A DNA stretch of 64,000 nucleotides from an uncultured Gammaproteobacteria bacterium (GTDB taxonomy: Bacteria; Patescibacteriota; Patescibacteriia; UBA11705; JABHMO01). The position numbers and the translations under genes are program-made. Below are positions 41,700-51,338 of the stretch, one piece after another. Positions within the stretch are counted from its first letter, which is position 1, and every line of letters begins with the position of its first letter. The stretch covers positions 93,452-157,451 of the forward strand of contig CAZAKN010000002.1 in NCBI GenBank assembly GCA_964486065.1, in the 5' to 3' direction. The notes beneath the pieces are model-generated. The model was not told the origin of the DNA, ran no database searches, and saw only the letters and a program-made list of their open reading frames with translations.

Positions 41700-42290
41700 C
41701 TAATCGTCAATATCCGTATCCGAAGGGATTAATGCCTCAAAAGCCTCCGTCCAATCCTTGGATCCATCCACATTAAAACGAGCATGGATGAACTTGCAAG
41801 GAACATCATTGATCTTCATGGATGTTTTTTGACAAGAATACTCCACCAACCAGTCCAATGAAGCGCTCATGGCATGATGGTGATGACTGACATCACTCAC
41901 GACCGCCATGGCCTTAACCCTTTCGCCATGCTCACGAGCAACATGGAACATCAAAGGAAAACCGTATGGCATGGACTCGCCTCGCCGATGTTCACAACCG
42001 GACCCCAGCGCTTGATCACTGGCCGGCATCATCAAGTCAATCAAGACCAGAGCAAAGTCAAACTTCGGCGTAAGCTCTTTTTCCTTCTCTCGGAACTCAT
42101 CGTCACAAACAATGCCTCCATAAAATGGCCTCCCGAGAGCTCTATAAACCTCCCTGCCACTCACCCTTTGATGGATTAAATCCATCGCCGAGTCATAAGA
42201 GTCGACAGTAACCACTTCATGTTCAGCCGAGAATGCTTTCTCGGCGGATTCGCGGTTTTCTTGCTTGTCATCAATCACCAGAATCTTCAT
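41700..42290 (-). CDS. divergent CheY-like receiver (REC) domain protein with unknown His-rich C-terminal region
   Basis: MKILVIDDKQENRE.. and ..FDFALVLIDLMMP.. resemble REC; the locus has visibly higher GC than the rest of the window. Confidence 0.45.
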   Translation of the reverse strand: MKILVIDDKQENRESAEKAFSAEHEVVTVDSYDSAMDLIHQRVSGREVYRALGRPFYGGIVCDDEFREKEKELTPKFDFALVLIDLMMPASDQALGSGCEHRRGESMPYGFPLMFHVAREHGERVKAMAVVSDVSHHHHAMSASLDWLVEYSCQKTSMKINDVPCKFIHARFNVDGSKDWTEAFEALIPSDTDIDD

Positions 42291-42900
42291 TGTCGTTATC
42301 CTCTTGCTTTGGAGTTAGGTTTTGTTTGACGCCTTGAACAGACGCCTGACCGAGTTGGAATGCTTCCGCCGCGATCGCAATCACCGTATCGCGAATCGGA
42401 TCAAGGTTCATCATCTGTCGCAAAGTCACCAACCCGGCAACCGCCTCCTCATCCGAAAACGCTCCACCATGCTTTACGATAAGCTCGGGAGTAATCCGGA
42501 CAAGACCGACAATGACTTCCTCTCCACCCATACCCGCGATCCAATCTTGCGCTTCTCCAACAGAATCACATTCCGTGTGAATGACCGCAATCGGTTCACC
42601 TTGAGCAAAAGCCAATGCTAATGCCTCTGGCACCTTCTCTACGATCTTTTTCTCCTCGGGAAACTTTTCCCCGATAGAGACATCGACGGCCCTCAAAACC
42701 TGTTCCTGTTCAGTCCCGAAAGACTGAACCCTGAAGGTAACGTCAACTCCGGGTCTGGTCAACATCGCTCCGGAATGAAGAGATGCTACCAGAAATTTCT
42801 GACTATGATGTTTGCTGTTTGGATCATTGACTCTGACGGTCCACAACAATTCATTTGCCACCTTGTCGTAACCTACGACAAAACCTTTGATCCGTTTCAT
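42271..42900 (-). CDS. hypothetical protein (GC-elevated locus); start placed at MKRIKGF behind a strong SD
   Basis: AAAGGAGA lies 7 nt upstream of the ATG at 42898-42900 (rc); the ORF-track version starts 17 codons earlier; a 20-nt overlap with the downstream gene suggests coupling. Confidence 0.45.
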   Translation of the reverse strand: MKRIKGFVVGYDKVANELLWTVRVNDPNSKHHSQKFLVASLHSGAMLTRPGVDVTFRVQSFGTEQEQVLRAVDVSIGEKFPEEKKIVEKVPEALALAFAQGEPIAVIHTECDSVGEAQDWIAGMGGEEVIVGLVRITPELIVKHGGAFSDEEAVAGLVTLRQMMNLDPIRDTVIAIAAEAFQLGQASVQGVKQNLTPKQEDNDNEDSGD

Positions 42901-43022
42901 GTGCGAATCTCCTTTCATGTCACAACCCGCGACATATGTTAAAGATCTCAATTACTCACTAACACCTGTGAGAATTATCAATTTAACAGTAAAAGAAAGA
43001 TAAGTCAATTTCAAAAAACAAA

Positions 43023-43049
43023 AATCACTCATCATTAAATGAGTGACTT
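43023..43049 (-). terminator. hairpin terminator downstream of tRNA-Glu (minus strand)
   Basis: rc: aaaagtcactcat-ttaatg-atgagtgatttttgtttt. Confidence 0.6.
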
Positions 43050-43050
43050 T

Positions 43051-43125
43051 TGGTGACCCCAAGGGGAATCGAACCCCTGTTTTCAGGATGAAAACCTGAT
43101 GTCCTAACCACTAGACGATGGGGCC
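43051..43125 (-). tRNA. tRNA-Glu (anticodon UUC), CCA encoded
   Basis: rc: GGCCCCATCGTCTAGTGGTTAGGACATCAGGTTTTCATCCTGAAAACAGGGGTTCGATTCCCCTTGGGGTCACCA; cloverleaf folds, anticodon loop TTTTCAT. Confidence 0.9.
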
Positions 43126-43302
43126 ATAATTCAAATTTTAAAAATTTTAAACAAATTGTGTGAAAATAATATCAGTAATTTTAAACTAAGTCAACAATTC
43201 ACGCTTGGTTTTGCACATATTCATTATTACTAAATTCAATATCAAATTGTGAATAATAAACTTGACAAAATCAAAAATCTTTGTTTAAATGATAATAGAA
43301 AC

Positions 43303-43330
43303 AGTGGTGAAAAGCCCTGCTTTTTTTTAT
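43303..43330 (+). promoter_or_regulatory. conserved leader motif copy 1 (AGTGGTGAAAAGCCNGCTTTTTTTAT) upstream of small ORF 1
   Basis: Near-identical to 43671-43697; preceded by a ttgaca-17-ttaaat promoter-like element at 43262-43290. Confidence 0.55.
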
Positions 43331-43352
43331 GGCTTAAAACTGGAGGTGTATC

Positions 43353-43559
43353 ATGCCAACCGAATATAATGGAAAAAAAACCGAATGGAAAAGATGGAAA
43401 ATACTAGGAATCATCATTGAACTTTTTGCGGGCACGAACAAGCCGACAGGACGATACAAACCGCATTCAAACGCACCGATTATCTTGCAAGAAGATCCCC
43501 AACAACTTCTAAGACGCGCTCAAATGATGCGTCAAAACACCATGCCCCATGCGGCATAA
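43353..43559 (+). CDS. hypothetical small protein (68 aa), paralog-like to the ORF at 43723
   Basis: GGAGG SD 7 nt upstream; N-terminus M-x-x-EYNGKK; ends ..AA; followed by a terminator. Confidence 0.4.
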   Translation: MPTEYNGKKTEWKRWKILGIIIELFAGTNKPTGRYKPHSNAPIILQEDPQQLLRRAQMMRQNTMPHAA

Positions 43560-43579
43560 AATCGGTTGTAATCGCCTCC

Positions 43580-43613
43580 AAAGTCCAAACTGATTCAAGT
43601 TTGGACTTTTTTA
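43580..43613 (+). terminator. intrinsic terminator after small ORF 1
   Basis: agtccaaac-tgattcaa-gtttggact + ttttt. Confidence 0.7.
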
Positions 43614-43670
43614 ATTATTAAAGTTATCCACTTGTTTTTCACACAAATATGTGCTATAAATAATGTATAA

Positions 43671-43697
43671 AGTGGTGAAAAAGCCAGCTTTTTTTAT
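43671..43697 (+). promoter_or_regulatory. conserved leader motif copy 2
   Basis: agtggtgaaaaagccagctttttttat; extended -10-like tgctataaa upstream. Confidence 0.55.
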
Positions 43698-43722
43698 TGT
43701 TTGCAAAAAAACGGAGGGAACC

Positions 43723-43899
43723 ATGAGTATTTACGAAATTAACGGTAAATTTGTGCTTTTCTCTGACGAAGAAACACAAAAAATGCACAAGGATCATGCC
43801 ACAGCTGCACAAATACGACTTTGGTATATGCGTCAACGCAAACAATTTCGTGCTAAAAATAAAGGCTTCACACAGCCTCGCTTGGTCATTGCGGCTTGA
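43723..43899 (+). CDS. hypothetical small protein (58 aa from the SD-proximal start)
   Basis: GGAGG SD 6 nt upstream; N-terminus MSIYEINGKF; ends ..AA; followed by a terminator. Confidence 0.4.
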   Translation: MSIYEINGKFVLFSDEETQKMHKDHATAAQIRLWYMRQRKQFRAKNKGFTQPRLVIAA

Positions 43900-43919
43900 T
43901 TTCAAGTCATCACAATTCA

Positions 43920-43945
43920 CGCCTCTCATTCGGGAGGCTTTTTTA
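43920..43945 (+). terminator. intrinsic terminator after small ORF 2
   Basis: cgcctc-tcattcg-ggaggc + tttttt. Confidence 0.65.
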
Positions 43946-44046
43946 TTGATTTTTTTTATAAAATAAGCTATTATTCTGCTAGTTATCGCTTATGATAAAA
44001 ATAATAAAACTAAATTTAAATAATTTTAATTTTCATTTAATACATT

Positions 44047-44307
44047 ATGTCAGTACCAAAACACAGAAAAACTCATTCCAAGACCAGAATGGGAAGATCT
44101 CATGAAGCTATCAAAACGCAAAAAGCCAATACCTGCGCCAATTGCGGAGCACCGGTTCCGGCTCACACAGCCTGTAAGGCTTGCGGACAATACAAAGGCA
44201 AAAAAGTTTTGTCCACTAAAGCTGATCTGATGCTCAAAAGAACTGAAAAGCGTAAAAAACAAGAAGCTAAAGAAAAAGAAAAAATGTCAAAATTGAAAAA
44301 TAAATAA
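44047..44307 (+). CDS. rpmF: 50S ribosomal protein L32 with K-rich C-terminal extension
   Basis: [23 protein letters not shown].. plus a CxxC..CxxC zinc ribbon. Confidence 0.8.
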   Translation: MSVPKHRKTHSKTRMGRSHEAIKTQKANTCANCGAPVPAHTACKACGQYKGKKVLSTKADLMLKRTEKRKKQEAKEKEKMSKLKNK

Positions 44308-44324
44308 ATTTAATATTTAAATTT

Positions 44325-46331
44325 ATGAACTTTGCAATCATCTTCGCGCTTGTCGCCTCTTTGTTGGCGATTTTGTACGGCATCATCCAAACCAGAAGCA
44401 TCTTGTCCATGGACGCCGGCAATGAAAAAATGCGAGCAATCGCGGGCGCTATTCAACAAGGAGCTAAAGCTTATTTAAACCGCCAATACAAAACCATTGG
44501 CTTAATCGGTATTATTGTTTTCATTCTTCTTTTAATTATGGTGGAATGGAAAACCGCCATAGGGTTTCTACTTGGAGCTGTATTTTCCGGATTGGCTGGC
44601 TACATAGGCATGAATATTTCCGTTAGAGCCAATGTCCGTACCACTGAAGCCGCTCGCGGTGGAATAAAAAAAGCTATGGCCGTGGCGGTTAAAGGAGGAG
44701 CTATCACTGGATTTTTGGTTGTCGGTTTGGGTCTTTTGGGAGTTACTTTATATTATTATTTAACCAAGGATGTCCACGCGTTAATCGGCTTGGGCTTTGG
44801 TGGCAGTTTGATTTCCATTTTTGCAAGATTAGGCGGTGGAATTTTTACGAAAGCGGCTGATGTGGGTGCTGATTTGGTCGGAAAAGTGGAATCTGATATC
44901 CCAGAAGATGATCCTCGCAACCCTGCTGTTATCGCTGATAATGTGGGTGACAATGTTGGAGATTGTGCCGGTATGGCCGCCGACCTATTTGAAACTTACG
45001 CGGTTACCGCTGTGGCTGGAATGTTTTTGGGAGCGTTGACTTTTTCTTCTTTTGAAAATGCCGTTTTGTTCCCCTTGGTTTTGGGAGGAATTTCCATTAT
45101 TGCTTCCATTATCGCGACTTTTTTTATCAGACTTGGGAAAAAACAAAATATCATGGGAGCTTTATATAAAGGCTTGATTGCTGCCGGAGTAATCGCAGCG
45201 ATCTTGTTTTATCCCGCTACCAAATGGTTTATGGAAGGCAATGGAGAATATTCGGTTAATGCCATCTATTTGGCGGCTTTGGTCGGCTTAGTTGTAACCG
45301 GAGCCTTGATCTTCATTACCGAATACTATACTTCAACCGCTTATAAACCGGTTAAAGATATTGCCAAAGCATCGGAAACAGGACACGGAACAAACATTAT
45401 TACAGGCTTGGCTGTTTCCATGAAATCTACCGCTTGGCCGGTTATCGTAATTGCGGGCGGAATTCTAGCCTCATATTCTTTGGCAGATATCTACGGCGTA
45501 GCCATCGCCGCCATGAGCATGCTTTCAATGACTGGCATTATCGTGGCCATTGACGCTTACGGTCCGATTACGGATAATGCGGGCGGGATCGCGGAAATGG
45601 CTGAATTACCTGAAGAAGTCAGAAATGTTACCGATCCATTGGATGCGGTGGGAAACACAACAAAAGCTGTTACCAAGGGCTATGCTATCGGTTCAGCCGG
45701 CTTGGCAGCCATTGTGCTTTTCGCGGACTACACTCATGCTTTGGAAAAATTCGGACAATCATGGCAATTCTCTATCAATGATCCCAAAGTATTGATTGGT
45801 TTATTTATTGGAGGATTACTTCCTTATTACTTCGGAGCCTTATCCATGCAAGCCGTAGGGAAAAGCGCCGGCAAAGTCGTGGCTGAAGTTCGCCGTCAAT
45901 TCCGTGAAATCAAAGGAATTATGGACGGCACGGCAAAACCCGATTACGCGCGTTGTGTTGATATTGTTACCAAAGCCGCGATTAAACAAATGATTGTTCC
46001 GGCTTTAATTCCGGTTTTAGTTCCGATTATCATCGGGCTATTGCTGGGACCGACCGCACTTGGAGGTCTTCTGGTGGGAAGTATCGTAACCGGTCTGTTT
46101 GTGGCTATTTCCATGACTACCGGTGGCGGAGCTTGGGATAATGCCAAAAAATATATAGAAGACGGTCATCATGGTGGCAAAGGTAGCGAAGCTCACAAAG
46201 CCGCTGTTACCGGTGATACAGTTGGCGATCCTTATAAAGATACTGCCGGACCGGCTATCAATCCTATGATCAAAATTTTAAATATTGTAGCGCTATTGAT
46301 TATCGGCTTGGTCATGAAATTCTGGATTTAA
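44325..46331 (+). CDS. hppA: membrane-bound proton/sodium-translocating pyrophosphatase
   Basis: 668 aa, about 15 TM; ..[19 protein letters not shown].., ..[21 protein letters not shown].. Confidence 0.9.
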   Translation: MNFAIIFALVASLLAILYGIIQTRSILSMDAGNEKMRAIAGAIQQGAKAYLNRQYKTIGLIGIIVFILLLIMVEWKTAIGFLLGAVFSGLAGYIGMNISVRANVRTTEAARGGIKKAMAVAVKGGAITGFLVVGLGLLGVTLYYYLTKDVHALIGLGFGGSLISIFARLGGGIFTKAADVGADLVGKVESDIPEDDPRNPAVIADNVGDNVGDCAGMAADLFETYAVTAVAGMFLGALTFSSFENAVLFPLVLGGISIIASIIATFFIRLGKKQNIMGALYKGLIAAGVIAAILFYPATKWFMEGNGEYSVNAIYLAALVGLVVTGALIFITEYYTSTAYKPVKDIAKASETGHGTNIITGLAVSMKSTAWPVIVIAGGILASYSLADIYGVAIAAMSMLSMTGIIVAIDAYGPITDNAGGIAEMAELPEEVRNVTDPLDAVGNTTKAVTKGYAIGSAGLAAIVLFADYTHALEKFGQSWQFSINDPKVLIGLFIGGLLPYYFGALSMQAVGKSAGKVVAEVRRQFREIKGIMDGTAKPDYARCVDIVTKAAIKQMIVPALIPVLVPIIIGLLLGPTALGGLLVGSIVTGLFVAISMTTGGGAWDNAKKYIEDGHHGGKGSEAHKAAVTGDTVGDPYKDTAGPAINPMIKILNIVALLIIGLVMKFWI

Positions 46332-46343
46332 TCATCAAAATAC

Positions 46344-46372
46344 AAAAAACTCGGCATAAGCCGAGTTTTTTT
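46344..46372 (+). terminator. intrinsic terminator after hppA
   Basis: aaaaaactcggc-ataa-gccgagtttttt. Confidence 0.8.
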
Positions 46373-46806
46373 GTTAAAAATACGAAAATTAGCATACTTC
46401 AACATGCTATGGATAACCTGTGGACAAATAATTATTTAATTTTAGTTAAATTTCACTTCCGTCGACAAAAAGGGTAAATTATGCTAAAATATAAGTATAA
46501 GTCAAAAAACCGGGGACCACGCAAAAACAAAAAGAGCCTACCATGAATTTTCACTTGCCCTCACCAAAAGATGTTACCGAATGGGTTGAATGCGGAAAAA
46601 TGATCATCGGCTTTATTGCCGGAGAAGCCATGTTTTTCGCTAAACGAGAAAACATGAGAATTTTCAACTTTTTCAATCCAAGCATACCTCTCGGCTCACT
46701 CACCAAATCGGAAGGCGCTTATGCCTTCCTTTTTTGTTATAATTGACATTAAACACCGGCAATGATACTATTTTCAAAGTTTTACAAATAAATTTACACT
46801 ATTTTT

Positions 46807-48141
46807 ATGAAAGTTGACACCAAGGATTTAGGCAAAAAAACACTGGAAATGACTTTTGAAATAAACGAAGAAGAATTAAAACCTTTTCTGGAACAAACGG
46901 CTAAAAAAATCTCAGAACAACGAGAAATCAAAGGTTTTCGCAAAGGTCATGCCCCTTACAATATTGTCGTCAAAGAAGTCGGTGAAATGAGTATTTATCA
47001 AACTGCGGCCAATGATGCCATCGCCAAATATTATTATGAAAAAGTGGAAGCTGATGACCTGGAACCCGTAGAACAGCCGGCTATTACCGTAGAAAAGTTG
47101 GCTCCCGGCAATCCTTTTGTTTTTAAAGCAAAAGTCGCGCTTATGCCGAAAGTTGAAATCTGTGATTTAGTTAAAATTTCAGTTAAACCTTTACCTGAAA
47201 TTAAAGTAAATGATGAAAAATTAGAAAAAGTAATGCAAGATTTGCAAAAAATGCGTGCTCAAGATGAAGAAGTCAATGAACCAGCCGACAAAGGACACAA
47301 AGTACTTGTTGATTTTAAAGCTTTCATGGATAATGTTCCGCTGGAAGGTGGCCAAGCCAAAGATCATCAAATTATTTTGGGAGAAGGACAAATGATTCCC
47401 GGTTTTGAGGATAAATTAATTGGCATGAAAAAAGATGAAGAAAAAGAATTTGAACTGGTTTTTCCAAAAGAATATCATGCCAAACATTTGGCAGGCAAAA
47501 AAGCTTTGTTTAAAATCAAAATGAAAACCATAAATAAAGTTAAATTACCGGAAATAAATGATGAATTCGCCAAAACCTTGGGCTTACCTGATTTGCAAGC
47601 TTTAAAGAACAATATCAAAACCAATATTGAGCAAGAAGAAACCAATAAAGCCATGCAAAAACAAGAATTGGAAATCATTGAAAAAATGATTGATGCGACT
47701 AAATTTGAAGATCTGCCTGAAACTTTAATCAACAGAGAAGTTCACAAAATGATGCAAGAGTTAAAAGATAATCTTGCCAAACAAGGTATGAATTTTGATG
47801 ATTATTTAAAGCACTTGAAAAAAAGTGAGGCTGATCTGAAACTTGATTTTACTCCTGATGCCATCAAAAGAGTTAAAACCGGTTTAATGATTCGTGAAAT
47901 CGCGCAAAAAGAAAAAATTGAAGCAACCAATGAAGAAATTGAACAAGAAAAACAAAAAACTTTGGCCAGCTATAAACTTAATCCCGCTTATGAGGGGAAA
48001 ATTGATGAATTGGAAAAAAATCTTAATGGAGAGCAGGCTAAGCAATATTTCGGCAATCTAATCGCTAATCGTAAAACCATTTCTTGGATCAAAGATAAAG
48101 TCGTGGAAAAAAAAGATAAACCGAAAACAGAACAAAAATAA
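46807..48141 (+). CDS. tig: trigger factor
   Basis: 444 aa; N-terminal ribosome-binding domain (..GFRKGHAPYNIVVKEVG..) and FKBP-like domain. Confidence 0.9.
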   Translation: MKVDTKDLGKKTLEMTFEINEEELKPFLEQTAKKISEQREIKGFRKGHAPYNIVVKEVGEMSIYQTAANDAIAKYYYEKVEADDLEPVEQPAITVEKLAPGNPFVFKAKVALMPKVEICDLVKISVKPLPEIKVNDEKLEKVMQDLQKMRAQDEEVNEPADKGHKVLVDFKAFMDNVPLEGGQAKDHQIILGEGQMIPGFEDKLIGMKKDEEKEFELVFPKEYHAKHLAGKKALFKIKMKTINKVKLPEINDEFAKTLGLPDLQALKNNIKTNIEQEETNKAMQKQELEIIEKMIDATKFEDLPETLINREVHKMMQELKDNLAKQGMNFDDYLKHLKKSEADLKLDFTPDAIKRVKTGLMIREIAQKEKIEATNEEIEQEKQKTLASYKLNPAYEGKIDELEKNLNGEQAKQYFGNLIANRKTISWIKDKVVEKKDKPKTEQK

Positions 48142-48149
48142 GCAGATTA

Positions 48150-48177
48150 AAAAGTGGCGCTCCGGCGTCACTTTTGT
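48150..48177 (+). terminator. intrinsic terminator after tig
   Basis: aaaagtggcgc-tccg-gcgtcactttt. Confidence 0.65.
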
Positions 48178-48215
48178 TATACTTTAATAAACAATATATT
48201 ATTAATAACACCTAT

Positions 48216-49154
48216 ATGCAAAAGAGACTAAAATCAATTCCTAAAACAAATTTATTAAAAAAGAAAAGAATTATAATTACAGGTTGTGGCCTGAAACCGG
48301 CAAAACAAAATTTTAAAGATATCACATCTGGAGAAAATAGTCATGATTCGGTAAAAATAAACGGGAAAGAAATGAAGCTAAATATTGGCGCGGCGACTGC
48401 TTTTATTTTAGCTGCTAACGGTGCAACAGTTCATATGGTTTCTAGAACTGAAGAAAAATTAGCTGAACTAAAAAAACAAATTATTAAAATTTGCAAAGTA
48501 CCCGAAAAAAATATTGAGTATAGTGCGGTTGATTTATTTAACGAAGCAATGATAAAAAACTTTGTTAAAAAATTATCCAAAACGAAACCTATTGGTTGGG
48601 TACAAAGTATTGGCTTGGGTGCGGGAGCTTATAAATTAAAAAATGATAATCCCTATCTGCACATTGAAGAAATTCCAGCTGAACTTCTGGAAAAAGAAGC
48701 AACAATCGTTTTAAAAGGAACACATCTTTTAATGAAAGAATTAATTCCTGTTTTCAAAAAACAAAATAAGTTGTTTAAAACTGAGACAAAAATCGTAATT
48801 ATTAGCTCAATGTCCGCTGTCCGCGGTTATACTCACGGCGGAACGCATTGTGCGGCAAAAGGAGCTATCAGTCGCTATGCCAATTCTGCGATGCTTGATT
48901 TTTGGAAAGATAATATTTATGTAACCGATATAAGACCGGGTGCTGTTGATACAGGAATGTATGACAATAAAACCGTTCAAAATGCTATTCTGAAAGTAGA
49001 TAAAGAATATGGCAATTTTTGGAATAAAAGCGGAATTACTTTGGCTCCTCCAACTTCTGTGGGGAATATTATTAATACAATATTGACCATACCCGCGCAT
49101 GTAACTTCATTAAACCTTGTATCAAAAGGTCAATTTCCCAACGAAGGCTCTTAA
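48216..49154 (+). CDS. short-chain dehydrogenase/reductase-like (atypical SDR)
   Basis: Rossmann-like ..IIITGCGL.. / ..GAATAFILAANGATVHM..; ..SSMSAVRGYTHGGTHCAAKGAIS..; start taken at MQKRLKS. Confidence 0.55.
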   Translation: MQKRLKSIPKTNLLKKKRIIITGCGLKPAKQNFKDITSGENSHDSVKINGKEMKLNIGAATAFILAANGATVHMVSRTEEKLAELKKQIIKICKVPEKNIEYSAVDLFNEAMIKNFVKKLSKTKPIGWVQSIGLGAGAYKLKNDNPYLHIEEIPAELLEKEATIVLKGTHLLMKELIPVFKKQNKLFKTETKIVIISSMSAVRGYTHGGTHCAAKGAISRYANSAMLDFWKDNIYVTDIRPGAVDTGMYDNKTVQNAILKVDKEYGNFWNKSGITLAPPTSVGNIINTILTIPAHVTSLNLVSKGQFPNEGS

Positions 49155-49169
49155 ATAAGTGGCAAACAT

Positions 49170-49679
49170 ATGAAAATAGCTTTTTGTTCCGATTCCCACG
49201 ACAATGTGCCGAACATAGATAAATTTTTATTATATTGTAAAAAAAACAAAGTTAATTTGATTATTCATTGCGGAGATTGGGCCGCGCCCAACATATTGAA
49301 ACATTTCAGAGAAAATTTTAATGGCGAAATTTATGGCGTGCTGGGAAATGTGCACGGTGAAACCGAAGAGATGTTAACCACCGCGGAGCGGAACCGAATC
49401 AATTTGTCGGAAGATGTGACTGAACTGGAAATTGACGGCATTAAATTTCAAGTGGTGCACTATCCGGATAAAGCGGAAAAATTGTGCCAAAAAGGTCAAG
49501 CCGACTTGGTTCTTTACGGACACGATCACAAGCCTTGGCTCAAAAAAAAGGAAAGTTGCTACATGACAAATCCGGGAACATTGGGCGGTTTATTCAATCG
49601 TGCCAGCTTCGGAATGTATGATACGCAAACCAAAAAAATTGATTTAATAATTTTAGACACATTAAAATATGATGCTTGA
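49170..49679 (+). CDS. metallophosphoesterase (YfcE/MJ0936-type phosphodiesterase)
   Basis: MKIAFCSDSHDN.., ..HCGDW.., ..GNVHGE.., ..GHDHKP.. Confidence 0.75.
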   Translation: MKIAFCSDSHDNVPNIDKFLLYCKKNKVNLIIHCGDWAAPNILKHFRENFNGEIYGVLGNVHGETEEMLTTAERNRINLSEDVTELEIDGIKFQVVHYPDKAEKLCQKGQADLVLYGHDHKPWLKKKESCYMTNPGTLGGLFNRASFGMYDTQTKKIDLIILDTLKYDA

Positions 49680-50280
49680 TATTGATTCGTTTAATCCCGA
49701 ATACCCGAAAATTAAACAAGCCGGTGATGTTTTAAAAAACGGCGGAGTTATCATTTATCCGACGGATACGATTTACGGATTTGGCGCGGATATAAATAAT
49801 AAAGAAGCGATAGAAAAAGTTTATAAAATAAAAAAGAAAAAAGCGACGGGGTTCAGTTTTATTTGCTCGGATTTGAAGGAAATCGCCAAATACGCGATAG
49901 TAAGCGATCAAGCATACAGGATTATGAAAAGAGTTTTACCCGGCCCTTACACCTTTATTTTCAAAGCCAGCAAGCTAGTACCTAAACAAATAATCCCCGA
50001 CAAAAAAACCGTGGCTATTCGCATTCCGGACAATAAAATCTGCCATGATTTAATTTCTTATCTTGGTAATCCGATAATTTCCACCAGCGTGAATATCAAC
50101 GGATCGCCTCACTTTTCCGATCCTTTGGAAATGGAAAAACATTTTGGTAACCAAGTTGATCTGATCATTAATGCCGGCATTATTGAAAATGAGCCTTCCA
50201 CGGTAATTGATTTTTCTGAAGGAACTCCCCTGCTGGTCAGACAAGGCAAAGGTGAAGTTGATTTTTTAACTTTTGATTAA
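49669..50280 (+). CDS. tsaC: L-threonylcarbamoyladenylate synthase (TsaC/YrdC family)
   Basis: ..GGVIIYPTDTIYGFGADI..; 203 aa. Confidence 0.8.
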   Translation: MMLDIDSFNPEYPKIKQAGDVLKNGGVIIYPTDTIYGFGADINNKEAIEKVYKIKKKKATGFSFICSDLKEIAKYAIVSDQAYRIMKRVLPGPYTFIFKASKLVPKQIIPDKKTVAIRIPDNKICHDLISYLGNPIISTSVNINGSPHFSDPLEMEKHFGNQVDLIINAGIIENEPSTVIDFSEGTPLLVRQGKGEVDFLTFD

Positions 50281-50288
50281 AATATAAT

Positions 50289-51053
50289 ATGAAACCATTA
50301 TCTCTTGCGAAAAAAACCGCCAAACAAGCGGGACAAGAATTGAAACGCAAATTTTTAAATAGAAAATTTTCCATTCAAAACAAATCAAAACATGAAATAG
50401 TTACCGGTGCCGATAAATTGGCGGAAAAATTTATCATTAAAGAAATAAAAAGACATTTTCCGGATCATGCTATTCTGGCGGAAGAATCAGGCAGTGATCA
50501 TAAAAAAAATGATTATCTCTGGATCATTGATCCGCTAGACGGAACCACCAATTTTGTCATGCACAATCCCCTATTTTCAGTTTCCATTGCCTTGGCCTAT
50601 AAAAACGAAATTATTATGGGCGTAGTATATGTTCCCATGCTTGATGAAATGTATTATGCTGAAAAAAATAAACCCGCTTTTGTTAATAGTAAAAAATTAC
50701 AAGCTTCCAAAGTTAACAAAATTGAAAATGCATTTTTAACTTTTTGTCATGGCAGTAAAATTAGTAATATTAAGCGAGCCGTAAAACTGTATCCGAAATT
50801 AAAGCTTAAAGCTAAAGATTTTCGACAACTCGGTTCAGCCGCAATTGAATTATCTTATGTGGCCGCCGGTTATTCTGAAAGCATTATAATTCCGGGAGCC
50901 AATGCGTGGGATGTGGCGGCGGGAGCAATTATCATAAAACAAGCAGGTGGCGAAGTTGTTGATTTTCAGGGAAAAAACTGGAATCTTAAATCAAAAGACA
51001 TTTTGGCTACCAATGGTCAGCTTACCAACAGTCTTTTAAAATATGTCAAATAA
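50289..51053 (+). CDS. inositol monophosphatase family protein
   Basis: ..WIIDPLDGTTNFVMHNPLFSVSIA.., ..WDVAAG.. Confidence 0.8.
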   Translation: MKPLSLAKKTAKQAGQELKRKFLNRKFSIQNKSKHEIVTGADKLAEKFIIKEIKRHFPDHAILAEESGSDHKKNDYLWIIDPLDGTTNFVMHNPLFSVSIALAYKNEIIMGVVYVPMLDEMYYAEKNKPAFVNSKKLQASKVNKIENAFLTFCHGSKISNIKRAVKLYPKLKLKAKDFRQLGSAAIELSYVAAGYSESIIIPGANAWDVAAGAIIIKQAGGEVVDFQGKNWNLKSKDILATNGQLTNSLLKYVK

Positions 51054-51279
51054 AAAAATAGTCAATATTCTTGTTATACCCAAAAGTTCCGAAAATAAAC
51101 TTATTTTAATATCGGAAAACATTTTCAAAGCCAAAGTCATCGCCTTACCGGAAAAAGGCAAAGCCAATCAGGCTGTCATTAAGCTACTTGCCAAATATTA
51201 TAAAGTTTCCTCCTCTAATATTACTTTAAAATCAGGGAAAAATTATAAGGAAAAACTGTTTGAAGTTATATTTCATTAA
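51043..51279 (+). CDS. DUF167 (YggU/UPF0235) family protein
   Basis: 78 aa; ..VIALPEKGKANQAVIKLLAKYYKVSSSNITLKSGKNYKEK.. Confidence 0.6.
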   Translation: MSNKKIVNILVIPKSSENKLILISENIFKAKVIALPEKGKANQAVIKLLAKYYKVSSSNITLKSGKNYKEKLFEVIFH

Positions 51280-51310
51280 ATTTAAACAAAATATAGCGTC
51301 GCACAATATT

Positions 51311-51338
51311 CAACAAATGTTCCACGTGGAACATTTGT
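51311..51338. repeat. 28-bp perfect palindrome (core AATGTTCCACGTGGAACATT), copy 1; terminator-like
   Basis: aacaaatgttccac|gtggaacatttgtt followed by tttttt. Confidence 0.8.

Noticed and set aside
41580-41700. Possible att-site remnant (ttgtggtgacggg resembling the tRNA-Glu 3' end tggtgacccc)
   Set aside because: Only a 7-nt match that lies inside the terminator stem. This is insufficient to call a direct repeat.
43303-43697. Reading the conserved GTGGTGAAAAGCC..GC motif as a sigma-54 (-24 GG / -12 GC) promoter
   Set aside because: The GG-to-GC spacing is off by one relative to the strict TGGCAC-N5-TTGC geometry, no sigma-54 or enhancer-binding protein is evident, and the motif is better explained as a leader element downstream of a sigma-70-like promoter.
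46380-46806. Possible DnaA boxes (tggataac, tgtggacaa) and a 67-aa ORF (46543-46746) upstream of tig
   Set aside because: The boxes each carry mismatches and there is no AT-rich unwinding element or dnaA nearby. The ORF has a poor RBS and a hydrophobic/biased composition, so it is kept only as a low-probability candidate and not listed as a feature.
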